DNA from: Myxococcota bacterium
Lineage (GTDB): Bacteria > Myxococcota_A > UBA796 > CAJQPC01
Assembly (NCBI GenBank): GCA_036012755.1
Contig: DASCPX010000009.1
Location: forward strand, 1-64,000
Length of the DNA stretch: 64,000 nucleotides
Direction: 5' to 3'
Part shown: piece after piece, positions 56,380-64,000 of the stretch
Position numbering within the stretch: position 1 is the stretch's first letter
Layout: each line of letters starts with the position of its first letter
Notes under the pieces: model-generated
Told to the model about the DNA's origin: nothing
Database searches by the model: none
The model's input: the letters and a program-made list of their open reading frames with translations, nothing else
Position numbers and translations under genes: made by a program

Positions 56380-58257
56380 GCCCAGCTCGACGCCCTCCTC
56401 TGGCACCTCTGCCTCCAGGTCCTCGAAGTGGCGCCACCCATCGGGGGTCTCCTGCACGAGCTCGAAGCGGTGAGTGCCCGGGTGGATGCCGTCGATGGTG
56501 AAGGTGCCGTCCAGGTTCGTGAGCACCTCGAGGGGGCCGAAGTCGTCCATGCGGAAGCCCCGGATGCGTACGCCGATGAGCGGCTCGCCATCCTCTTCGA
56601 CGAGGCGCCCGGACACGCGGACACCAGCCGGCTCGAAGGGCGGCACGAGGGAGAGCTGCTGGCTCCCCTCCAGCGCGAAGTCGTGCCTCTCCAGCCCGGC
56701 GCTGGAGGAACGCCAGAGCACGTAGTCCCCGGCGGGCAGGAGGGTGATCTCGGCCTCGGCGAGAGTGGACCCCTGGGCCAGGCGGCGGACCTGACCCTCC
56801 CCGTCCTCCAGGCGCAGGGTCATCGCCGACGCGGCGACGTGCACGCTGGCGTTGGTGAAGAGCACGATCATCAGCCGCTCGTCGGCCGGCACGAGGGCCT
56901 CTACGCGCTTGCGGCCCCAGCGCGCGCGCACGGTGACGTCCTCGCCTTCGGGCCGGATCACCCAGGTGGTCCCTGCCTGATCGGCCAGCCGCACCTGGCC
57001 AGCTACGTCGACCTCGACCGCTCCATCGACAGGGTCGCCCCCTTGTCCGATGGTCCGAACCTCGAGGGCGTCGCGGTGGCCCTGAGGCAACAGCCGGAGC
57101 CGCGCCGGCCCCCCATCGACCTCGACGGAGCGACTGAGCGAGTCGCTGGTCTCGGCGTAGAGCGTGACGGACTCCCCCTCGGCCAGCTGCACCGGGAGCG
57201 CGAAGGCGCCTCGAGCGTCAGTCTCGACAGGGAGCGCGAGGTAGTGCTCCGTGTAGACAAGGGCCCCGGCGACAGGGCGACCCAGGCGCGTGCGGACGAC
57301 CCCGGTGACGACGTCGCCAGGCTCCAGCGCGATGGTCGTCTCCTGCTGTAGCCCCCCCTCGACGCGGACCGAGACCGAGCCTCCGCCGTCGACGTTGGCC
57401 GCCTGCAGCTCGTAGATCGCTGGTGGCAAGCCCGCGAAGGCGACCTCGCCAGCCTCGTCGGCCTCGGCGACACGGATCGACTCGAGGCTGGCGGAGGTGT
57501 CGTAGAGGTGGACCCTCAGGGGCCCGGAGGCGCCCTCGACTCGTACCAGGAGCTCACCGGGCTCGCTCGATGGGGTGGGAGCCGGCGGCAGCCCGACGAG
57601 CCAGGCCAGCGTGGCCGCGGCGTCGGTCGGCTCCGGGTCGAGATCGAAGACAAGGCGGCCTCCGATGACCAGCCTTCCCCCCTCGATGGACATCGGGCTC
57701 AGGGGCAGTCCACCGCGGACCGTGGCCACCTGGCTGTCGCCTCGGGTGACGCGCAGGACACCCCGCTCGAGCTCCGCCGTGTAGCCGCCGCCCTGCGCTG
57801 TGTAGCTCTCCTGCTGGCGGCTGCTCTCGAAGCCCTGCACGCGCTCGCGGTCCACCTCTCCGAGCAGAGCTCCGTCCGCGGGATCGAAGAGCTTCGCGGT
57901 CGGATCTCCCGAGGGCGAAACGAGCAGGCCGCCACCATCGACGAAGCGCATCGGGCCGACGAAGACCGGCTCGTCGGTGGCCGCGAGACGCCTGAAGGGA
58001 AGGGTCCAGCCATAGTCGGCGAGGACCGAGCAGGCCTGCTCATCGGTCTCACAGCGCGCCGACAGCGCCGCGGCTTCCCAGGCGGCGGGACCGGCCTCTC
58101 CCCAGTGACCGACGCAGCCGTCGAGGTCACCGAGTTCGCAGGCCTCTTCGAAGTACTCGATGCCGAGGCAGGCCTCTGCGTCGCCCTCCCGACATGCCAT
58201 GCGGTCAGTCTGCCAGGCGACGTCCTGAGCGCCTAGGGCCGCCGCGATCCAGATCAC
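56365..58257 (-). CDS. Exported protein with Sel1-like Cys motifs and carboxypeptidase-regulatory-like (Cna-B type) domains
   Basis: GTGA overlap; AC..GD..AC motifs; G.V....G.PVAGA.V, TD..G.F, G.F.I.GI.PG repeats. Confidence 0.65.
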   Translation of the reverse strand: MIWIAAALGAQDVAWQTDRMACREGDAEACLGIEYFEEACELGDLDGCVGHWGEAGPAAWEAAALSARCETDEQACSVLADYGWTLPFRRLAATDEPVFVGPMRFVDGGGLLVSPSGDPTAKLFDPADGALLGEVDRERVQGFESSRQQESYTAQGGGYTAELERGVLRVTRGDSQVATVRGGLPLSPMSIEGGRLVIGGRLVFDLDPEPTDAAATLAWLVGLPPAPTPSSEPGELLVRVEGASGPLRVHLYDTSASLESIRVAEADEAGEVAFAGLPPAIYELQAANVDGGGSVSVRVEGGLQQETTIALEPGDVVTGVVRTRLGRPVAGALVYTEHYLALPVETDARGAFALPVQLAEGESVTLYAETSDSLSRSVEVDGGPARLRLLPQGHRDALEVRTIGQGGDPVDGAVEVDVAGQVRLADQAGTTWVIRPEGEDVTVRARWGRKRVEALVPADERLMIVLFTNASVHVAASAMTLRLEDGEGQVRRLAQGSTLAEAEITLLPAGDYVLWRSSSAGLERHDFALEGSQQLSLVPPFEPAGVRVSGRLVEEDGEPLIGVRIRGFRMDDFGPLEVLTNLDGTFTIDGIHPGTHRFELVQETPDGWRHFEDLEAEVPEEGVELGSVLR

Positions 58258-59906
58258 GTGAACACGGAGAGATCGAGCTCGGCGAAGACTCCGTCGAAGA
58301 CACCGTCCGTGAGGCGGCTCTCCTCGAGGATGGTCTTCTGGGCGGGATCGGGCTCCAGCCCGGCGGAGAGGTCCTGAGCGAGATCGCAGAGCCGGTCGAA
58401 GCGGGCAGCATGGCCGCAGAAACGCTTCCAACCGTAGTCCGGTGCGCCGCCGGTGGTCACGACGAAGGGCCAATCGCTGGACTGCATCAAGAGGAGCTCG
58501 CGAGCCGCCTGGGCCAGGGTCTCGCGAGCGCTGGCCGAGCTGGCGTCGGGGACCAGCATCGCGAGTCGCTCCTCCGCGCGGTGGAGGACCTCCCAGGCCC
58601 ACTTCGTCTGGTCGTTGAGCCACACGCGGTGGTCGCCGCCCTCGCCCCAGCTCCCCTCTGGCAGGCTCACGACCTTGTCCGGGGCGTCCAGCTCAGAGGC
58701 GAGCGCGACCTCGACGTCCGGGTCGGCGTCCAGCGTCAGGAGCACGTCGCGGAGCCAGAGGGGTCCCTCGTGCCACCAGTGGCCGAAGAGCTCCGCGTCG
58801 AAGGGCGCGACGATGACGCCGCTTCGCCCCGTGGCCTCCTCGTGACCCTGGAGCAGCGAGCGCACGAGCATCGAGAAGTGCTGGGCGTGGCTGTATACGG
58901 CACCAGCGACCGCCTCCGGCTCGTAGCGCACCTTCTGGTCCAGCTCCGCGCGGGCCGAGGTCACGCGCCAGTAGCGCAGGCCGTCACCACCCTGCTTCTT
59001 GTGGAACTCGAGGTAGCGGCCGTCGCCGGGGTAGCCGATGCGCGCCGACCAGACCTGTTCGGACAGCTGCCGGTGGCGGGGGAGCAAGGTGACCTCGCCG
59101 ACCCGATGGAGCTCACAGGGCGAGCGCCACCCTCGCTCGGGCTCCGAGCCAGCCTGGTCCCAGCCGACGGGAACGACCCCTGCTCCGCGCACGACCCCCG
59201 TACTGCGAGCGCCTCGCAGGACACCCTCGTCGATCACGGTCCACTCGACGCCGGCCTCTGCGAGGAGCTCCTCGAGGCCTGCCCGGTTCAGGGCCCCGCT
59301 GTCGAGGACCGGGGGCTTCCAGCTGCCGCCAGGGCGGTAGGCACACTCGGGCAACCAGAAGCCCTTGGGCCGCTTGCCGAGGTGCAGCTCCGAGGTCCTC
59401 AGGCCGAGCTCTATCTGAGCTCGACACGCGGCGTCCGTTCGCAACAGCGGAAGGTAGGCGTGGGTGGCGGCGCAGCCCATCACCTCGATGTCGCCAGAGG
59501 CCCAGAGGGCACCCAGCGCGGCGGGGATGTCCCCGTCCAGAGCGACAAAGCGTGCCCTCTGCTCCTCGAAGCGACGAGCCCAGCGCTCGGCCAGGGCGAC
59601 CATCTCGGCGTCCCCGGCGAATTGGAGGGCGTCGGCCTCTGCGCGGGCCTGCTTGGCACCGAGCCAGCTGACGAAGCCGTCGGCGAAGTAGCTCTGGGAC
59701 AGCTGCTCCAGCAGGATCGGCGACACGCCGAGGGTGAATCGACAGCGGCCACCCGCTGCGGAGGCGGCCTCGACGGTCTCGAGCAGCGGCAGCCAGGTCT
59801 CTGCGGCGGCCTCGAAGATCCACTCCTCGCCATGCGGCCAGCGGCCGTGATGGAGGACCCAGGGGAGGTGCCCGTGCAGCACCAGGGCGAAGCTACCGGC
59901 GGCCAT
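58254..59906 (-). CDS. GH57 1,4-alpha-glucan branching enzyme (DUF1957 type)
   Basis: HGHLP, E.W..EA..ET, GFWLPECAY (nucleophile), PFDAELFGHWW.EG (acid/base), SWG.GG, RELLL.QSSDW.F. Confidence 0.9.
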   Translation of the reverse strand: MAAGSFALVLHGHLPWVLHHGRWPHGEEWIFEAAAETWLPLLETVEAASAAGGRCRFTLGVSPILLEQLSQSYFADGFVSWLGAKQARAEADALQFAGDAEMVALAERWARRFEEQRARFVALDGDIPAALGALWASGDIEVMGCAATHAYLPLLRTDAACRAQIELGLRTSELHLGKRPKGFWLPECAYRPGGSWKPPVLDSGALNRAGLEELLAEAGVEWTVIDEGVLRGARSTGVVRGAGVVPVGWDQAGSEPERGWRSPCELHRVGEVTLLPRHRQLSEQVWSARIGYPGDGRYLEFHKKQGGDGLRYWRVTSARAELDQKVRYEPEAVAGAVYSHAQHFSMLVRSLLQGHEEATGRSGVIVAPFDAELFGHWWHEGPLWLRDVLLTLDADPDVEVALASELDAPDKVVSLPEGSWGEGGDHRVWLNDQTKWAWEVLHRAEERLAMLVPDASSASARETLAQAARELLLMQSSDWPFVVTTGGAPDYGWKRFCGHAARFDRLCDLAQDLSAGLEPDPAQKTILEESRLTDGVFDGVFAELDLSVFT

Positions 59907-62106
59907 TGGTCTCCACGGCGAGGCTCAGGCGGAACTCCCGCTTCTCCTCGCCCCAGAGCTGGACCGGCCAGCTCAGGATCAAGCACACGCCCTGGTAGCT
60001 GGTCTCGAGATCGAGCAGCCCACCACGACGAATCGCCCTCACCGGGTAGTGCCAGAGATCCGCCGCGTGCACCGTCCGCAGCACGACCTTGAGCTCGCGA
60101 GAGGGGTCGTGCAGGGCGACCTCCTCGACCTGGTCCACCTTGCTCGCCTCGCCCACGTGGACCTCTTCGCAGCGGTCGATGACCAGCCTGGGCCCCCGCG
60201 GGTTCGAGCTGCTGGCGCCCAGGTTGACCTCGACCCCGAAGCGCCCGCTGACCGGCTTCAGGCTCCGATTGACGATGCTGTAGTGGACCTCCAGCGCCGG
60301 ACGATCCCGCAAGAAGAGGTAGCGCTTGCGGATCTGGACGAGGAACTCCTCGTCGGCTCGGCGAACCCGTCCCTCCCGCGTCAGGAGCACGCTGAACTCG
60401 CGCGGCCCCTGGGGCTCTGCGCTGACCACCTGGAAGGCGCCGTTGGCAAAGTCCCCTTCCTCGGGGAAGCTCGACTTCTCCAGGTTCGCGAGCGTCGTGG
60501 CCGGCCCGAGGAAGCGGTCGATGAAAGCACCCCGCTCGACGCGGTCGAAGGCGAGGATGCTCGCGAGCTCCTGCATGTAGGCGCCGCGGGAGGCGCCCTC
60601 GTCGATGCTGTGCTCGTCGATGCTGTCCTCGTCGCCGCTGACGAAGAGCTCGTAGGCGTCGGTGACCTCTGTGGGCTCCTCCTCTTCGAGCACCAGGGAG
60701 GGCAACAGCGAGTAGTCGTGCAGCTCGTGGTGCCAGGGCTCCTCGCGGCGCGAGATGCAGTCCAGGATGTTGCCCGGCATCGTCCAGCTTCCGAGCTCTA
60801 CCAGGCTGCCGCCCCCGTCCGGATTGATGACGCCTCCGAAGTGCGGCGTGCGGACGAGGACCTCTTCGGTCCCGTCGCAGTCGAAGTCGGCCCGGTAGGC
60901 GCGGATCCGGGCGGACTCTCCAAGGGTACGGGAGACCAGCGACTCGGCCTCGCAAAGGTTGCCGTAGGCACCAGCCCTCAGCGCCGGTTCATAGATGCCG
61001 CCCCGAGGCCCGGGCCAGTACACGGCCGAGCCCTGAGCCCTGTAGAGCGCCAGGCAGGCGTGCTCCAGGGCTCGCACCCGGGCGGGGTCCGCGTCCTCGC
61101 TCTCGGCGAGCCGCACGCGCAGCCGGTCGACCTCCAAGGACGCCGCCATCATTCGCTTGTGGATGCGGTTGCCCTCCTCGTAGCGGACCAGGAGCCCCTC
61201 CCAGGAGCCGGCCCGCGTGTATGGCCGACGCCGACCTCCCTCGGCCTGGGTGAGCTCGTCCTCTGAGAGCCCGGTGCAGCCCTCGGCGAGGCGGGCAGGA
61301 ATCCAGCTGGGCAGGTAGACGCGGCCTTCGCAAGGGCGCTTGTCGAGGAGCTCGGAGGGCAGGCCGAGGCGAAGCCAGTAGAGGCTGTCCTCGATGAGGT
61401 CGAAGAAGCCGTGGAGCCAGGTGCTGAAGGCCTTTGCGCCGACCTGGAAGGCCAGCTGCTCGACGCTGGCGACCCAGGCGACGGACTCGATGCCCATGGC
61501 GCGACGCCGCTCCAGGATGGACAGCGCCTCTGCAGGCGAGGTGTGACCGATGGCACCAGCGACCTGCGGATCGGTGGGGATGACCGCCAGCTGGGCGCCG
61601 CTTCGCTCCGTCACGTACCAACCGGCGAGGCGGCTGGGGCGCACGCCCGCGGCCAGGAAGGCCTCTCCTGGGACGAAGGCGTACCGGATGTCCGCTTCGT
61701 GGAAGAGCTCTGGGAGGTGGGGGTCCCAGACCCCCTCGCATAGGTAGGCGCCCCTCGGCCGAGCGCCGCACCTGGACTCGAGGATGCGCGACTGCAGCTC
61801 GATCTGGTTGACGGCATCTCGTCTGGGGATCCCCGTGAGGAAGGGGTCGGCCCAGCCGCCGGCGAGCAGCTCGACGCGACCCGCCTCCTGCAGCGAGTTC
61901 ACGAGCTTCAGCGCTCGCGCCTGTCGCAGCCCCAGCCACCGGAGCAGGTAGCCCGAGAAGTGGAGCGTCATGCGCAGGTTGGTGCGATCCCGGAGCGCCA
62001 GCAACAGGGGTGCGAACCATCGGTCGAACGCCATCTTGCGATCCCGCTCGGTGAGACCGACCGGGACGTGCAAGTGCAAAACCGGCAGGAATCGGATCTG
62101 GGACAT
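59893..62106 (-). CDS. GH57 4-alpha-glucanotransferase/amylase-like protein with C-terminal DUF1926-like domain, probably degenerate
   Basis: HLH.PVG, LHFSG.LL.W, VELL.GG..DP, G.YL.E.VW, RVYLP, RY.E.N..HK.M, D.D.DG..E, RR.E..H, ET.YQG. Start at ATG 62106. Confidence 0.8.
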   Translation of the reverse strand: MSQIRFLPVLHLHVPVGLTERDRKMAFDRWFAPLLLALRDRTNLRMTLHFSGYLLRWLGLRQARALKLVNSLQEAGRVELLAGGWADPFLTGIPRRDAVNQIELQSRILESRCGARPRGAYLCEGVWDPHLPELFHEADIRYAFVPGEAFLAAGVRPSRLAGWYVTERSGAQLAVIPTDPQVAGAIGHTSPAEALSILERRRAMGIESVAWVASVEQLAFQVGAKAFSTWLHGFFDLIEDSLYWLRLGLPSELLDKRPCEGRVYLPSWIPARLAEGCTGLSEDELTQAEGGRRRPYTRAGSWEGLLVRYEEGNRIHKRMMAASLEVDRLRVRLAESEDADPARVRALEHACLALYRAQGSAVYWPGPRGGIYEPALRAGAYGNLCEAESLVSRTLGESARIRAYRADFDCDGTEEVLVRTPHFGGVINPDGGGSLVELGSWTMPGNILDCISRREEPWHHELHDYSLLPSLVLEEEEPTEVTDAYELFVSGDEDSIDEHSIDEGASRGAYMQELASILAFDRVERGAFIDRFLGPATTLANLEKSSFPEEGDFANGAFQVVSAEPQGPREFSVLLTREGRVRRADEEFLVQIRKRYLFLRDRPALEVHYSIVNRSLKPVSGRFGVEVNLGASSSNPRGPRLVIDRCEEVHVGEASKVDQVEEVALHDPSRELKVVLRTVHAADLWHYPVRAIRRGGLLDLETSYQGVCLILSWPVQLWGEEKREFRLSLAVETNGRR

Positions 62107-62173
62107 CTGGGCGCGAAGGTGCCGAAAGCAGGGCGAGCCTAGCACACCGCCTCGGGATAGCTTTTGCGCAGCA

Positions 62174-64000
62174 ATGCCCACGCTCGTCGACCAGTTCTGC
62201 CCGAACGTGCATGACGCGCCGATCAGCGCGGCGGCCTGCGACCCGGACAGCGGGGTGCGCGTCACGGCGGACGCCAACGGAGTCGTCGCGGTCACGCGGC
62301 GCGGAGAGAGCGCCCCGGGCCTGGTCTTCCAGCCCGGAGGCCCGGTCAGCGGCGCGCTCGGGCTGATCCGCGGCGGCACGCTCGTCGCGGTCGGCGACGA
62401 CAACGGCACCATCGGGGTCTACCGCACCGACAACGGCAAGCCGACCTTCGAGGAGCTGCGGGAGGGTGCCCGCGGCCGTGTTCGCGCCATGCGCGGCTGC
62501 GCAATCAGCCCCACCGGCGGCATGCTCGCGAGCATCGCCATCGACGGCCTCATTCGGCTGTGGGACCTCGAGAAGGGCAAGCGCGAGGTCGCCTGGCAGG
62601 GCTTCGGCGGCCGAAGCGTCGCCTTCGACGCCCGCGGAGACCGGCTCCTCTGCGTCGATCAGGGCGGACAGCCCCGGCTCATCGACCTCCGCGACCGCGA
62701 GGGGCTGCCGATGGACCGGCTCCAGATGCCGGCTCACCACGCCTACTTCACCAGGGACGGGACCCACGTCGTCTGCTCGGGGGCAGCAGGTATCTCCTTG
62801 CTCCGCGTCGTCGACGGGGTGCTCCGCACCAGCTTCGCGACCCGCGGGGGGAGCGGGATCTCCAACATCGTGCTGTCCCCCGACGGGCGGCAGGTCGCCG
62901 CCGTCACCCAGCGCTCGGTCCACGTCTTTGGCCTTCCGGAGCTCAACCCGGCCGGAAGCACCAAGCACGGCGCGCCCGGGGCCGAGACAGGTGCAGCCTA
63001 CTGGACCACAGAGGGCGTGGCGGTCGGCGGCTCGGACGGACTGATGCACGACGGCGGGGACAAGGGCGTGCCCCCCGTGGTTGCGGTCGCGGGCTTCGGA
63101 ACCTGGCGGATCGCCGCCCACACGGACCGCATCGCGGTCTGGAGCGACAACCATCGAGAGAGCTTCTTCCCAGCGAAGGAGAAGCTCGAGCGCATCATCG
63201 TGGACCGCGACGGACGGCTGGTGGTCGCCCAGCCCGTGCGCGGCCCGATCACGGTGCACTCCACCCGCGACGGGCGGGTGGTCTTCAACGGAGGTCCCGA
63301 GACCTCGGGGGCCGTCGACGTCGCCGTTGGCGGCAGCGTCATCTGTACGCAGCTGCGCTCCGGGGGCGTGCGCTGGTGGGACATCCGGGCGAACCGGGCC
63401 TTCGAGCTCAAGTGGCCCCGCGCGATGGCGCTGTCAGGCAGCGGGACCTGGCTCGGGGTCGTCACGCCGAAGGGCGCAGTGCGCATCCTCGAGCCCTCGA
63501 CCGGCCGTGACGCGGTCCCGCCTCCGATTCCCCTCGCCGACGTGCCGATCGCGCGGGTCGCTTTCGTGAACCGGCGCCCCGACCTCCTCGTGGTCGATCA
63601 GGACGGTGTCCTCGGCCACTACGATCTCGCGAAGTCCGCGCGCGGAGGCCGCAGCGGGGAAGGCCGAGACGTGCTCGACTTCAACGTGCAGATCGACCGC
63701 CTGTGGGGCATCACCGGTGGTCAATACGCCGCGCTGCGTGTTCCGGAAGGCGACACCTCGACCGTCCTCGTCGTGGACCTCCACGCCTGCGACGTCGTGC
63801 ACGAGATCACCGAGCTGCACCCCGGTGTGTGGGTGGACCCGGAGACCGGTCACCTCATCGAGCCCGCCCGCAGCGGCGGCCTGCTCGAGCGCGAGATGGA
63901 CGGCTCGGAGCTCAGGGTGTTGCGGTCGCTGCCCGGGGATCAGTGGATTGCCTTTGGATCTCGCGGCCTTCTCGGCGCATCGGAAGGGGCCGGCGTCGCG
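62174..64000 (+). CDS. WD40 beta-propeller protein, runs off the window end
   Basis: ATG 62174: MPTLVDQFCPNVHDAPISAAA...VGDDNGTIGVY...ISPTGGMLASIAIDGLIRLWDL; the same frame is open at the window end. Absent from the ORF track because it has no stop. Confidence 0.75.
   Translation, partial: MPTLVDQFCPNVHDAPISAAACDPDSGVRVTADANGVVAVTRRGESAPGLVFQPGGPVSGALGLIRGGTLVAVGDDNGTIGVYRTDNGKPTFEELREGARGRVRAMRGCAISPTGGMLASIAIDGLIRLWDLEKGKREVAWQGFGGRSVAFDARGDRLLCVDQGGQPRLIDLRDREGLPMDRLQMPAHHAYFTRDGTHVVCSGAAGISLLRVVDGVLRTSFATRGGSGISNIVLSPDGRQVAAVTQRSVHVFGLPELNPAGSTKHGAPGAETGAAYWTTEGVAVGGSDGLMHDGGDKGVPPVVAVAGFGTWRIAAHTDRIAVWSDNHRESFFPAKEKLERIIVDRDGRLVVAQPVRGPITVHSTRDGRVVFNGGPETSGAVDVAVGGSVICTQLRSGGVRWWDIRANRAFELKWPRAMALSGSGTWLGVVTPKGAVRILEPSTGRDAVPPPIPLADVPIARVAFVNRRPDLLVVDQDGVLGHYDLAKSARGGRSGEGRDVLDFNVQIDRLWGITGGQYAALRVPEGDTSTVLVVDLHACDVVHEITELHPGVWVDPETGHLIEPARSGGLLEREMDGSELRVLRSLPGDQWIAFGSRGLLGASEGAGVA

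Overview
GC-rich bacterial window, probably Myxococcota or a related deltaproteobacterial lineage. This is inferred from the many Asp/Cys-rich 'putative metal-binding' plus FG-GAP surface proteins and a RomR-like regulator next to valS. The main finding is an expanded His-Xaa-Ser (Hxs)-type RiPP-like system. Its first block (20085-24467) is a translationally coupled run: Tat-signal protein, HxsD, a second short HxsD-like protein, a 115-aa precursor with a 66-aa leader and HCS-(HGS)14-HGQW core, and three radical SAM enzymes. A second block of four radical-SAM-fold genes (31107-36038) lies about 6.6 kb downstream; one of them has lost its CxxxCxxC motif. Five of these enzymes share a P-x-C ... 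Cx2Cx5C C-terminal signature. The blocks are separated by proBA and a rearranged segment containing a 51-bp palindromic tandem repeat, a frameshifted 103-bp proA copy, a WD40 gene and an FG-GAP remnant. The rest of the window holds surface/lipoprotein genes (including a C-type lectin fusion and an ALK/LTK-like Gly-rich fusion), birA-nadC-valS-romR-like, a CysM/Mec/ubiquitin-like carrier/MoeZ/TauE sulfur-relay operon and two GH57 genes, one apparently degenerate. Many genes have a TANNNT hexamer 5-7 nt before the start codon, suggesting leaderless transcription, and many have ultrashort lipoprotein-like signal peptides. No rRNA, tRNA, CRISPR array or transposase was recognised. All family assignments are from motif recognition by eye, not database searches.
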